A stretch of DNA of 63,116 nucleotides, the filler included, from Chiloscyllium plagiosum (lineage: Eukaryota): assembly GCF_004010195.1 (NCBI RefSeq). It is 4 parts of one record of this genome, joined end to end, with 100 filler letters (N's around TTAATTAATTAA, not from the genome) between each part and the next. Parts side by side here need not be neighbours in the genome. Positions count along the whole stretch, not along the records: positions 1 to 19,641 come from NC_057713.1; positions 19,742 to 44,395 come from NC_057713.1; 2 more parts are not named here. One strand, 5' to 3'. This document shows, one piece after another, positions 11,200-23,944 of the stretch (positions are counted from its first letter, which is position 1; each line of letters starts with the position of its first letter). The position numbers were made by a program, and so were the translations under genes. The notes beneath the pieces were generated by a model. That model worked only from the letters and a program-made list of their open reading frames with translations. It did no database searches and was not told the origin of the DNA.

Positions 11200-13260
11200 T
11201 TTTTCATTCTGCTTACTAAAACAGACAATTTCACATTTTCCCACATTATACTCTATTTGCCAGTATACCACCCACTCACCATCCTTGATTATCCTTATAT
11301 AGTCGCCTTATGTCCCCTTCACAACTTACTTTCCTCCCTATCTTGGTCACCAGTAAATTTATCAATCATGCCTTTGATCCACTCATCAAAATAATTTATG
11401 CATATTTTACAGATTACATCTTACATTTTACAGATGGGCAAGCACCCATTTAGGCTGACTCTCCTCTTTCAGATAGCTAGGCAATCTCCTATTCATGCCT
11501 ATATGACACCCCATAAATTTTTAATTTTTGCAATAACCTTTGATTTTGCACCTTATCAAATGCGTTATGAAAATCTAAGTATAGTGCGTCCACTGAGTTC
11601 TCCTTTTTCTACAGTAGTGTAACATTTTAAATAACTCCAATAAGTTGAAGAATTCCATAAAACCATGATGATTCTTCCTGATTACCTTGATTTTTTTGAG
11701 ACCTGTTTAAATATTCCTCATGAAGGGCTTATGCTTGAAACGTTGACTCTCCTGCTCCACAGATACTGCCTGACCTGCTGTGCTTTTCCAGCACCACACT
11801 TTTCAATCCTGACTTTCCAGCATCTGCTATTGTCACTGTTTAATGTAGTTTATAACCTCTTCCATATACAAACATTAACCTAACAGTCTGTAGTTTCCTG
11901 CTCTGCATCTCCCTCACTTTTTGAATAAATTATTTACATTAGTTCCTTTCAAATCTCAGGGAATTTTTCTGAATCTACTCAACTTTGAATAAATTATAAC
12001 CAATGCATCAACGAACTCACTAGCCACTTCTTTTAAGACTTTAAGATGAAAACTGTCAGGCCCAGAAAAACTGACGCAACATGGTTCCAATAAGTTGCTA
12101 AGTATGACTCCTCTGAAGACAGTAATTTTCTTGCATTCCTCCCTTCCTTCCAATTATTGATTAATAGCTATTTATGAGATGTTAGATGTATCCTCTATGG
12201 TGAAGACAGATGTAAAATACATGCAGAATCTTTCTGAAATTTCCTCATTTTCCATTAATAATTTTCCACTCATTTTCTATAGGGCTAATGCTCACTTTGT
12301 TAATTATTTTCATTTTAAATAATTGTAGCAACTCTTATTATCCATCCATGTACTTTTAGATAGCTATTGCTCATACTGTATTTTTCCTTCCTTTTTAATC
12401 TTTAATCATTCTTTTCTATTATTTATGTCTGTCCAATCTTCTGACCTGCTAGCCACCTTTGCACAATTATAAGATTTTTCTTTAAATTCAGTACAACGTT
12501 TAACTTTTTTAATTTAATTATGTATGGAAAGTTTTCTCTTTGGAATTTTTCTTTCATATTGGAATATATTTATTCTGTGCGTTCTGAACTCTCCCGTTAA
12601 ATATCCATAACTCTGTCTCAATTGAACTGTACTTAAATTGCCAGTTCACTTTCACCATCTCTGCTTAATGATGTATGAAGAGAGATTGGACTGATTAGGA
12701 CTATATCCAATAGAGCTTTGAAGAATGAGGAGGGATAGAAGAATGCAGATGGATCCTATAGAAACCTTTAAATTCTAACAGATCTTGATAAGGTCAGTGC
12801 AGAAAGAATGGTCTCAATGACCAAGAAGTCCAGAACCAGGGATTATAATCTCAGGATACAGCTCATATTTGCCCTTACTTAAATTTAAAATACTTTAGAC
12901 CAACTCTTCTCTCTCTCAAACTGTGTGTAAAAGTCATTCGTATTGTGATAATTGTGACGTAGAATGCCTTTGCTATGAGGTCATGAATAATTCTTATCTC
13001 ATTAGTCAATACCAGGCCTGGTATAATCTGATTTATGGTTGGTGACAGAACAAGCCATTCTAAGAAACTGTCATGGAAACGTTCAATCTTGTAGGCTATC
13101 TTTGTTCATCTGATTTTTCCAGTCTTTGTTGGTCAAATTCCCACATGATAAGTATCATACACACTGACAAATTGCCATTATTTCTTCCTTGATAATATGT
13201 ACTACTGTGAGGCTACTGTTAGATTGCCTATACACTACTCCCACAAAGTGCCTTCTTTCC
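11200..13260 (-). mobile_element. Decayed CR1 ORF2 fragments (mostly minus; plus-strand piece at about 12670-12860)
   Basis: GPDSFHLKVLKEVASEFVDALVII and AFDKV motifs on the reverse strand. Confidence 0.65.
11713..11837 (+). mobile_element. Solo Penelope pLTR-derived short element (family 1) with a degenerate hammerhead
   Basis: ctcatgaagggcttatgcttgaaacgttgactctcctg...ccagcatctgc, homologous to 17653-17780. Confidence 0.7.
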
Positions 13261-14656
13261 TTTTCCCCATCCAATTTGTTAATACATTTTGGCTTTCTTA
13301 ACTTAGGTCACTCTGCCAACATTCTTTGTCAACATTCACTTTTTTTTCAGAAATTTTAAAGTTCCGTACTCCCAAACAATTTTGACTTTTATTTACTGCA
13401 CATTTGTACAAAAGATTTATGAAGGTCCTTTTAAGAGACATTTGATTTTAGAATGATTTTAGCTGTAAATGAATAGATAATAATTCATTCCAAATTTCAT
13501 AAGAACTTGTATTATTGTGCTAACATCATCTTTCATCAACAAAACCACCTTTTACTAGCTTCCTATCTTTTTTCGAAGCCTCATATCCTTGTCATCCTGT
13601 AGCATTTCAATCCTTTGTCTGTCAATGAAGAAATTTTGGTACTAGTGACAAATAATGCTCAGTAAACAATAATCCTCTTGTAGCATGACAGTGGCAGGAA
13701 AATGTCTAGTTGACTTGAAAGATATTGCCTGTAGATAAATGAAGATGTGCAATCTACTCAACAAATTGAAGTAAAGAGCTGACATACTTCAACACAGAGC
13801 TATCAGCAGAATAAGAATAAAGAATTCCTTGAACAAAATGGAGATCTATTGCATGACTTCATGGAAGCCAAACCAATATCCATAACTTTAAGACATGGTC
13901 ATAAAGAAGTAGTTGGCTTATCTGAAGATACAGGATACTGCAAGAAAGAAAGTCCATGTTACAGCACAGCAACTATTTCTCTTGATCAATATTCATGTGA
14001 TTAAATGCCTTCCAGATGATATTGTAGTTAATTACCTGAGTTCATAGGAAAGAGTTCTTCCCCCAAGTGAATTCAGGGATTAAGTATCTTCTAGATAAAG
14101 TAATAGACCAGCTACTGGGTTCAACAGGAATGAGGTCCTTCATGAAGAACTTCTAAGAGACAAAACAATGGCCAGCAGAAAAATAGTCCACAGAAGTTAA
14201 CACAGAAGAGAATTCTTAATGAATTACGACACTCAAAACTACTTGCATTTGTGAGACACAGACATAATGGAAGATAGGGTTGTGATAAATGTGAAAATAT
14301 ATACCTAAAGGATAACTGTTAAAAGTGGCAGAAAATCTTGTAGGAGATATTCTAAACCTTCTGAAGTGTTAATCTTTAAGATTGTATTAGACTGCATCCA
14401 AACTGATGATGTCACAACATATTGGCAGAGAATGGAAGAATCTAGTTTTAGATCCTGACATGTTCAAATGTGTCATCTCTGACTCCTATTAATCTTAATG
14501 ATAATGTCTAATTCGTCAATGTAACTTGTACCTATTACAATGTTGTAATAAATTGTTGTTAAGACATGTGTCTCTTATTGTTAAGACTCACTAATGTTTT
14601 ACTCTCTATAACTGCTATGCACAGGTCCTTAGCTATAGTATAGGAAGGAAGATTAG

Positions 14657-14765
14657 GGTCTTGTAGAGCAGTGGTAATAACCCGATCTCTGATCTAATAG
14701 GTTGGGGGTTAAGTCCCACCTACTCCAGAAAAGAACATCCAAGAGTGGGTTGATTCAAAAATAGA
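14657..14765 (+). mobile_element. About 115-bp tRNA-like short SINE; other copies near 15440-15560(-), 31080-31185(+), 36445-36565(+) and 40240-40345(+)
   Basis: Recurrent CAGTGGTA..TCCC.ACCT.TGAG..AGGAGGCCTGGGTT.AAGTCCCACCTG..CCAGA...GGTTGATTAGAA. Confidence 0.6.
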
Positions 14766-17611
14766 TAGAAAGGAGAATTGTTAGGAAGACTCTATCACAA
14801 CTACACATTGCCAGTGGTTCATACCGTAGCATAAGACAGACAGGATCTCTTTCTTACCCTCCTTCTAACCTGATGAACATTGACGATTCTGGGAATTGAT
14901 TTTTGAAACAGCAAGTGTAGTAGTTCTAGGCCTGCAACAGAGTAATGAACTTGTAAGGAACGCAGCAGTGCATAACAAAGAAAGATTCTTCCTAAATAGC
15001 TTACTACTTTAAGGATGGCAGCAGAACATGCAACATCATCAGAGAATTTTATTTTAAGTGCAACATTTATTTCAATAACTTATTGCATGTTTTAACAGTA
15101 AAATTATTATACACATATTTGGTTCCCCTTGTTCAAAGTATAAATGTTGGTTTCTGGTAATTGTTGTGGTCATGTCTGTTAGAACATCTGAGCATCCTTA
15201 GATAGATTTACTGCCACTAATCCTTCTAATTGATGTTATTTTAAGTAATTGATATTATGTGGGGAAGGATGTCTCTATGAAGTCTTCAGCAGAAGAGAAA
15301 GTTGCCTTATTATAAAGAAAAGGTTTATTTCATCATGCTGAAGACGAGTTACATGGTAGTCGCTCAAGAGACATCAGGCTAAAGAGAGAAACTCAAATCA
15401 AAAACAACTGGTTAACTTCTCCCAAAACAGTGCTTTATAGATATTTGCTAGTCAACCTGTTCAGAGGAAGCATTGCACATCTCTCGAGCAGGTGGTACAT
15501 AAACCTGGGTTTCCTAAACTAGAGGTAGGGATACTACCATTATACCAAAAGAACCCTAATGGTCCTTTATATTCTGTTGGTACATCATAGTTTATGGTGT
15601 CAGTTAATCCTTTCAGATGCTATCTGTCTTATATAACAGTTTCCAATTAAGAAATTTTAATAAAGAATACTCAGTCACAAAATAAAACATGATTTTGCTT
15701 TTTTTAAAGTTAGGTGACCTTGAAAGACAAGCTTGAACCTTCTTGGAAAACAAAATCACATAAGACTTGAAAATGAAGACATGTCAAACTAATTCCAATT
15801 TGGGTCCATGATTGGGAAAAAGATTAGGAAGATTTATTCTAAAAATGTATAATTATAAAAGCAACGTCACCAGTAAATTCAGAATAAATTGTGAATGATT
15901 TGATTCTCGGATAGTTTAAAAGTGTGGTCATTAAAACAGATTCCTTTCCAGCTGCAAAATATATTATAAATTTCATCTCTGGCGAATCAAATCTTGTTCA
16001 CATTCATCATATTTTCGATTGTCTATTTCCTGAGTCATGCCTTATTGTTAAATTTTGTAATGGCAAAACCTTGGAGCAGCTTATAACTTTCTCTACTGTG
16101 AAAAAAGGAAATCTGACAATAAGCGAGCTGTTAAATATCCCACTCAATTTTTGTTTTCATTGAAGTCATTAAAACTGGTCTGCTACAAACCTTCTGCATC
16201 CAGCAACAGGAGTTAAAATTTCTCCTGTGTTAATAATTGCTTGGTGTTCCCCAACATTAGGTGGCACTCTTATGCCTCCCGACTTATTGCCTCTCTTTTC
16301 CATCTTTGTTACAGCCCAATTTATTAGTACATTATTTCTTTTCTGAAATTGCTCCTTTTCTTCTACACATTTGTAGCTTCCCACCTTTAGGAATTCCATT
16401 CTCTCACATCTATTCTCCCATTCTAGAGATTTTTTGTGGGTGGCACATTAGAACACTATTGCTGTCTCAAGTGCCTGTTTACACACTGCTACCACTGGAT
16501 CACTTCAAATATACTGCTTCTCTGCCAACTTTAGTCACTTTAGGGGATTCAATGTTGTGTTGAGAGTTCAGTTTAATAGTTACCCAGGAGTTAGCTCAAG
16601 TTTTTGTTCTCTCATGTTTTCTGGATAATGATTAAGCTTCAGGGAGTCAGAACGCTCCTAGTTTCTAAAATTAAGGGGCATTTTTTGAAGTTTGCAGATT
16701 GCTCACCAGAAGTTTCCATTACCTTGGCAATTTCCATGGAGTCTGATGTGTGAAGATTCTGCATTCTTTAACTCGCAAAAAATGTCTGTGCTGCTTAAAT
16801 GACTGTCTGGACATTGAAATATCCGTGCCATTAAATATGAGCAAATTGCAGATTTCACAACGAAAGATGCTTTTCCAAAATACTTCTTCACCAATATTGC
16901 ATTTTTTAATTTGCTAAATTTTAAATTAAAAAGAAATTTTGAAGTCTTTCTACTATAACATCATAAATATTTTGGCTGTAAAGAATGTTTTTCTGTATCT
17001 CTGATAAAGTCAATCCTTAGCTACTGGGTGATTATAACTGTGAGTAACAAGAAAACCTGAGAAAACCTTGTGATTCTCAAATAACAGTAGACCAATTAAA
17101 ATGCCAATAAAATTATCAGTTTGAGCAGCCTCAGTTTTAGTCAAAAAATTCAAAATTTAAATCCTACTCCAATATTTTTTAAGTGTTTTGATTTGGAAGA
17201 GATGTCCAAAGTCTAATTTTTCTGTTCCAATCATTCCAATAGGTGTCATTGAATTACATCTATAATTTGAAGCCATTCAGGTAACTATCCCAGTGTTCTC
17301 ATCAATGTTTTGCTTTTAACTAACATATACCAAATGATAATTCATTTTACTTATAAACAGAAATTACTGGGAATACTCAGCAGGTCAGTCAGCATCTTTG
17401 CACAGAAAAGCAGACTTAACCTTTTAATTGAATGACCCTTCATCAGTTCTAGAATATTATACAATTCATCACTTTGTTTCACAATTTTCCATGGTGACAT
17501 GGTATATAAATATTTATGCATTACAATAAAACAAAGTAATGTAAAATTATTGAAAATCAATATTTTCTCAAAGCTTTTAATTTTGCACTTACCAGGACAA
17601 TTTCCAAGATA

Positions 17612-17780
17612 ATCGACGTTTCGGGCATAAGCCCTTCTTCAGGAAATGAAGCCCTGAAGAAAGGCTTATGCCCGAAACGTCGATTCTCCTGTTCCCTGGA
17701 TGCTGCCTGACCTGCTGCGCTTTTCCAGCAACACATTTTCAGCTCTGAGCTCCCAGCATCTGCAGACCTCACTTTCTCCT
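17612..17780. mobile_element. Penelope-derived fold-back mini-element (family 1) with two divergently oriented hammerhead cores
   Basis: 33-bp inverted arms at 17611-17643 and 17653-17685 (1 mismatch); exact 14-bp TSD caatttccaagata at 17598-17611 and 17781-17794. Confidence 0.88.
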
Positions 17781-19072
17781 CAATTTCCAAGATATCCAGT
17801 TTAAAAGGGAATAATAAAATCTATATGAGCAGAGTGGGCTAGTTGTTGGGCAAGCATCAGCTGATTGATAGAAGATGTTGCCAATGAGATTGCACAAGTT
17901 AATGATGAATGACAGTTTACTGTTAAACTTTGTTTAAATTTAAAACAGGCAGGTTGACGATGATTACTCAAAACAATATCCTGAGGGATTAACCAGGGAA
18001 TGGGTGGCACCTATTTTGTTTAGTATATATTCTTTTTGCTTGCAAAAAGCAGAACCCTGTGCATAGCATAGTTAGCTTCTAGTATGCTCAATTATAAAAA
18101 CGACCTTATTGGCAACCTTGTAAATAGGGCACGAGTCATTTGCTCAACACATAAGACTGATGTTAAAATAAATGTATCAAAGGCATTCAAAAAGATAATA
18201 GCTACCCTGGTCAAATCATTTCTTGCTGTATGTCTCAAAATGTATGACCAGGCCTAAGCTCACCACTCTCAGTGCTGAAAAATGTCTGGTCTACCTCAGA
18301 GTACCCTGGAAGAGTAATGTACCTCAAAAAAATGTAAGCAACAGATAAAGCTAGTGGTTACACGCTGCAACTGTACAACATAAATGTGACGATCAGGGCA
18401 AACAAAAAAGTTCTGCGTTTCACATAAGTGAGTAATGCAGTTCTTTTATTTCATTGCCAGCGAGATGCCAGGTATGCAGGCCTAAAGATTTGCAGACCAA
18501 AATAAACAATTTTTCTCTTTGGTTGATTGCCACAGACAAGGTACTACTATGAACAAGAAGGAGAAGTGATTTTACTTAATTTTACTGCACTCCTCCTCTG
18601 TTGTAGCAGAGGTGATTTTTAATTTAGTCCCAAGATCTCTTCACGTGTTAAAAATATACGTTGGTGTATTTCACTAAACTCTTCAAAAAGTCCAATTTTA
18701 AAATGACCTAAAAGGAAATATTTAAGGTTAAAACAAGGTGGAGTTTATTGATGATTTGGTGATGCAAGTGTTGGACTGGGGTGTACAAAATTAAAAATCA
18801 CGCAACATCAGGTTATAATCCAACAGGGTTATTTGGAAGCACGAGCTTTCAGAGCCCTGCTTCTTCATCGGGTGGTTGTGGTGTATAAGATCATAAGACA
18901 CAGAATATATAGCAAAAGTTTACAGTGTGATGTAACTGAAATTATATTTTGAAAAAGACCTGGATTGTTTGTTAGTCTTTCATATTTTAGAATGAACATG
19001 TTGGTTTTAGTTCTTTCATATGTAAATTGCAGAACTTTTTTAAAGTTATATTTTCAAGTGAACTTTGACAAT

Positions 19073-19428
19073 TGGTGTCATGTCGGTCCAGATAATGCAT
19101 TTAAGGTGCCCTGTGTGAGACTGTCTGTGTCACAAGGTTCAGACTGATTCTAACCTAAAAAATGGATTTACACAATCTTACATGGATTCATGCAGTTTTT
19201 GAGCAAAATTAAATGTAATTCTGTAAGTACAAATTCTCTCCACAAACTTATGGTGTCATGTCGGTCCAGATAATGCATTTAAGGTGCCCTGTGTGAGACT
19301 GTCTGTGTCACAAGGTTCAGACTGATTCTAACCTAAAAAATGGATTTACACAATCTTACATGGATTCATGCAGTTTTTGAGCAAAATTAAATGTAATTCT
19401 GTAAGTACAAATTCTCTCCACAAACTTA
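19073..19428. repeat. Perfect 178-bp tandem duplication in the Penelope 3' region
   Basis: 19073-19250 is identical to 19251-19428. Confidence 0.95.
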
Positions 19429-19641
19429 TGTATGTGTGTGCGCATGTGTGTGTGTGTGTGGGGGGGGGGGGTGGGGGGGGGGGTCTTGAGGGAGTGGATC
19501 CCGACTTCTACTTAAATCCCTTCACTAAATCCTTCCATCTATCTCGCTCTCGCTCTCTTTCTTTCTTTCCTCTTCCTTCTCTTTCTCGCTCTCGCTCTCT
19601 CGTTTTCTCCCCCTCGCTTTCCCCCCCCTCGCTTTCCCCTC

Positions 19642-19741
19642 NNNNNNNNNNNNNNNNNNNNNNNNNNNNNNNNNNNNNNNNNNNNTTAATTAATTAANNN
19701 NNNNNNNNNNNNNNNNNNNNNNNNNNNNNNNNNNNNNNNNN
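19642..19741. other. Artificial contig linker
   Basis: 44 N + TTAATTAATTAA + 44 N (stops in all six frames); identical at 44396 and 61620. Confidence 0.97.
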
Positions 19742-22400
19742 ACCTTTCTTAAAAAGTGGTACGACATTAGCCACCCTCCAATCCGCAGGAACTGATCCCG
19801 ATTCTATCGAACTCTGGAAAATAATCACCAATGCATCCACGATTTCTCGCGCCACCTCCTTCAGTACCCTGGGATGTAGACCATCAGGCCCCGGGGACTT
19901 ATCAACATTCAGACCTAACAGTCTCTCCAACACCAATTCCTGGCAAATATAAATTCCCTTAAGCTCAGGTCCTTCAGCCACTGTTACCTCAGGGAGATTG
20001 CTTGTGTCTTCCCCAGTGAACACAGATCTGAAGTACCAATTCAATTCTTCTGCCATTTCTTTGTTCCCCGTAATTCCCCTGTTTCTGTCTCCAAGGGCCC
20101 AATTTTAGTCTTAACCATTTTTTTGCCTTTCATATACCTAAAAAAACTTTTACTATCCTCCTTTATATTATTGGCCAGTTTACCTTCGTACCTCATTTTT
20201 TCTCTGCGTATTTCCTTCTGAGTAATCATCTGTTATTCTTTAAAAGCTTCCCAGCCCTCCGTTTTCCCACTTATCTTTGCTATGTTATACTTTTTCTCTT
20301 TTAACTTTATATGTTTCTTAACTTCCCTCATCAGCCACGGCCACCCATGCCTCCTCCTTGGATCTTTCTTCCTTTTTGGAATGAACTGATCCTGCAACTT
20401 CTGCATTATACACAGAAATATCCGCCATTGTTCCTCCACTGTCATCCCTGCTAAAGTATTGCACCATTGAACTTTGGCCAGCTCCTCCCTCATAGCTCCA
20501 TAGTTCCCTTTATTCAACAGAAATATTGTCACTTCCGATTGTACCCTCTCCCTCTCAAATTGCAGATTGAAGCTTATTGTATTATGGTCACTACTTCCCA
20601 ATGGCTTCTTCGAGGTCCCTGACTAATTCTGGTTCATTGCACAATACCAAATCCAGAACTGCCTTCTCCCTGATTGGCTCCAGCACCAGCTGTTCTAAGA
20701 ATCCATCTCTGAGGTACTCCATAAAGTCTCTTTCTTGAGGTCCAATACCATCCTGATTCTCCCAGTCTACCTGCATGTTGAAATCCCCCACAACAACTGT
20801 AGTAACATCTTTGCGACAGACCAATTTCAGCTCCTGATTCAACTTACATTCGACATCCAGACTACTGTTTGGGGGCTTGTAGATAACTCCCAAGAGGGTC
20901 TTTTTACCTTTAGTATTTCTCAGCTCTATCCACACTGACTCTACATCTCCTGATTCTGGGTTCCCCCGCGCAAGGGACTGAATATCATCCCTTACCAACA
21001 TGGCCACCCCACCCCCTCTGCCTGTCAGTCTGTCCTTACGATAGCACGTGTAGCCTTGAATATTCATTTCCCAGGCCCTGTCCACTTGAAGCCACGTCTC
21101 AGTTATCCCCACAATATCATATCTGCCAATTTCCAAAAGAGCCTCAAGCTCATCCATCTTATTTCTAATGCTTCGTGCATGCTACTTAGTTTAAACGTAG
21201 CTGTGTTGCAGTAGCAAACCTGCCTGCCAGAATACTGGTCCCTAACCTATTAAGGTGCAGACCGCCTGTCTTGTAGAAGTTATGCTTACCACAAAACATA
21301 CCCCAGTGATCCAAAAATTTAAATCCTTGCTTCCTGCACCAGTTCCCCAGCCACACATTCAAGTCCATTATCTCCCCCTTTCTGGCCTCACCAGCCCGAG
21401 GAACTGGAAGCAAACCGGAGATAGCTACCTTGGACGTCCTGCTTTTCAGCCTTCTTCCTAGTTCTCCAAAGTCCCACTGTAGTATGTTCCTCCTCTTCTT
21501 CCCGACATCATTTGTGCCGACATGTACCACCACCTCTGGCTCTTCACCCTCAGCCTTGAGGATTTCCTGCACTCGGTCTGTGATGTCTTTAACCCTGGCA
21601 CCAGGAAGGCAACACAGCATCCTTAAGTCCCGTCTGCTGCCACAAAACCCCGGTCAGTTCCTCTCACTATGGAGTTCCCTATTACCATGGCTCTGTGCGA
21701 TGTCCGATTCTTCCGCACTGTCTCCAGGCCAACTTTTGATTGACAGACCTGGCTGCCTCGCGGACTGGCAGTGTCATCTATCTCTAGTGTTTCCACAAGA
21801 TTCAACTTGTTCCTGACAGGTACTTCCCCCGGGGTCTCTTGCATCTGTCTCCTCTCTGTCTTCCTCATCGTCTGCTCTCTTCTGGTACGATTGGTGTAAT
21901 AACCTCGCTGAAGGTCTTGTCCTGAAAGATATCATTCTCTCGGATGAGCCTAAGGTCCTCGAGTTCTTTCATCAGTGCTACAATATGCTCTGTCAGTAGC
22001 TGAACGTGCACACACTTTCCACACTTATATGAGCCAGACACACCAGAGTCGTTGATCTCCCACATCAAGCACGTAGCACACTGAACCAGCTTGGCAGTCA
22101 TGTCTTCACCCTCTTCAACTGTGGCGTAATCACTTCACTCAACCTTCTTGTCAAAGACTCCTGAACTAAAGCTTCACTCTTCAATCCACAGGAACTTCCT
22201 TGGACCCTCTTTCTGGGGCAAGTCTGTGGACTTTTAATTTAAGTTAGAGGAGGAGGCCCTACTTTGTAGGACCTGGGGGCTAGAACACACCCACTCAAAT
22301 AACAATCACTTACCTTCCCGACCGGCTTTGCGCTCTGCCTTCACTTCTGCCCAACTCCCGCCGCTCTCTGATGCGAAAAACTGGGACCTTGGGTTGGGGG
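19742..22400 (-). mobile_element. CR1 LINE 5' half: 5'UTR, ORF1 (Zn-finger + SGNH esterase) and ORF2 APE endonuclease
   Basis: ORF1 MTAKLVQCATCLMW..CGKC, VIGNSIVRG, CCLPGARVKD, VVVHVGTND, GLHLN; EN VGITETW, GDFN, SDHN; then KSPGPDGLHPRVLKE; several frameshifts. Confidence 0.93.
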
Positions 22401-23944
22401 GCAGGGGAGGGGAAGCGTGGTTATGAGTGTGTGTGAGAGACAGTGTGTGTATGTGTGTGAGTGTACAGAGGTATAAGTCTGTGAGAGGGTGCATGTGTGC
22501 ATGTGAGTTTGGGAGTGTATGTGTGAGCATATGAGAGAGTTTGTGTATGAGAGAGGGTCTGTGTAAGTGTATGGGTCTGTAGGAGTGTGTGTGTGTGTAG
22601 GAGTGTCTGTGTCTGTGTATGCATGCGGGTGTGTGCGTGTGTTTAGTGCAGTGGGGCCACCTGTAGTGTGACATAAACCCAAGGTCCCAGTTGAGGCCAT
22701 CCCCATGGGTACCGGACTTGGGTACCAGCCTCTGCTTGGCCACTTTGCATTGTTGCCTGTCCCAAAGTCCGCCTTGAAGGACAGTCACCCAAAGATCCGA
22801 AGTCAAATGTCCCAAAGTGTTCTCCAACTGGGAGGGAACACACCTGTTTGTTGATTGTTGTGCGGTGTCCATTCATTCGTTGCCATAGCCTCAGGTCGGT
22901 CTCGCCAATGTACCACGCCTCAGGGCATCATTGCCTGCAGTGTATGAGATAGACAGCATTGTCTGAGTTGCATGAGTACCTGCCACATACATGATGGGAG
23001 GTGTTCCCACGGGTAATGGTGGTATCCGTGTTGACACTCTGACACATCTTGCAGCATCTGCCGTGACACGGTTGTATGGTGTTCTCCTGAAAGTCGGGCA
23101 GTTTGCTATGAACAATGATCTGTTTGAGATTTGGTGGTTGTTTAAAGGTGAGAAGTGGAGGCATGGGGAAGGTCTTGGAGAGTTGCTCATCCTCATTGAT
23201 AATATATTGCAGGCCACGAAGAACATGGTGTAGTTTTTTGGCTAATGGGAACGAAGGGTACCCTGTTAGTTGCAGCACATGTCTGTCTCCTGAGGAGGTC
23301 ATTACGGTTTCTCGCTATGGCACATCAGAACTGGCGGTCGATGAGTTGAGCATCATACCTCATTCTTGTGAGGGCATCCTTGAGTACTTCCAGGTGCACG
23401 TCACATTCCTCCTCATCTGAACAGATCCTGTCTAGGCGTGGGGTTTGTCCATGGGGAATGGCTGTTTTAATATGTTTCGCTTGGAAGCTGGAGAAGTGTT
23501 GCATTGTGAGGTTATCTATGGGTTTGATGTAGAGTGAGGTGCTGAGGTGCCCACCTTTGATGGAGATGCATATGTCCAAGAATGAGGCATGGTGAGTTTG
23601 ATGGTGGGATGAAACTTGTTGATATCATTGTGTAGTTTTTTTCAGTGACTCCTTGCCATGGGTCCAGAGGAAAGAAATTTCATCAATGTACCTGGTGTAT
23701 AGTGTTGGTTGGAGGTCCTGCATTGAGAAGAAGTCTTGTTCGAACCTGTGCATGATAATTATGGCATATGGGGGTGCAAATCTGGTCCCCATGGTTGTTC
23801 CATGTGTCTGGATGAACTGATTGTCAAAGGTGAAAATGTTGTAGTTAAGGATAAAGCGGATGAGTTGGAGGACAGTGCTCGGAGACCCAATGTTGACGTA
23901 TTTAAAACCTGGGGACTGATTGAAACACACAAGGATTAAGGACC

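Larger units (their letters stand above)
18752..23900 (-). mobile_element. Penelope-like retroelement (RT + GIY-YIG endonuclease, pseudogenised), interrupted by a CR1 and an assembly linker
   Basis: RT motifs GTTMGTRFAPPYA and YTRYIDEI (23625-23930); Cys motif CHGRCCKMC; GIY-YIG VYLIHCRQ*CPEAWYIGET...RMNGHR...PVGEHF (22640-23100); (CA)-rich 3' region; terminus with a mutated hammerhead at 18841-18875. Confidence 0.9.

Noticed and set aside
19642..19741. TTAATTAATTAA palindrome within N runs (also at 44396 and 61620)
   Set aside because: An identical 100-bp synthetic linker, not biology; adjacency across these points is unproven
22306..22872. His/Thr-rich ORFs on the minus strand
   Set aside because: Read-through from the Penelope GIY-YIG end into its (CA)n-rich 3' region
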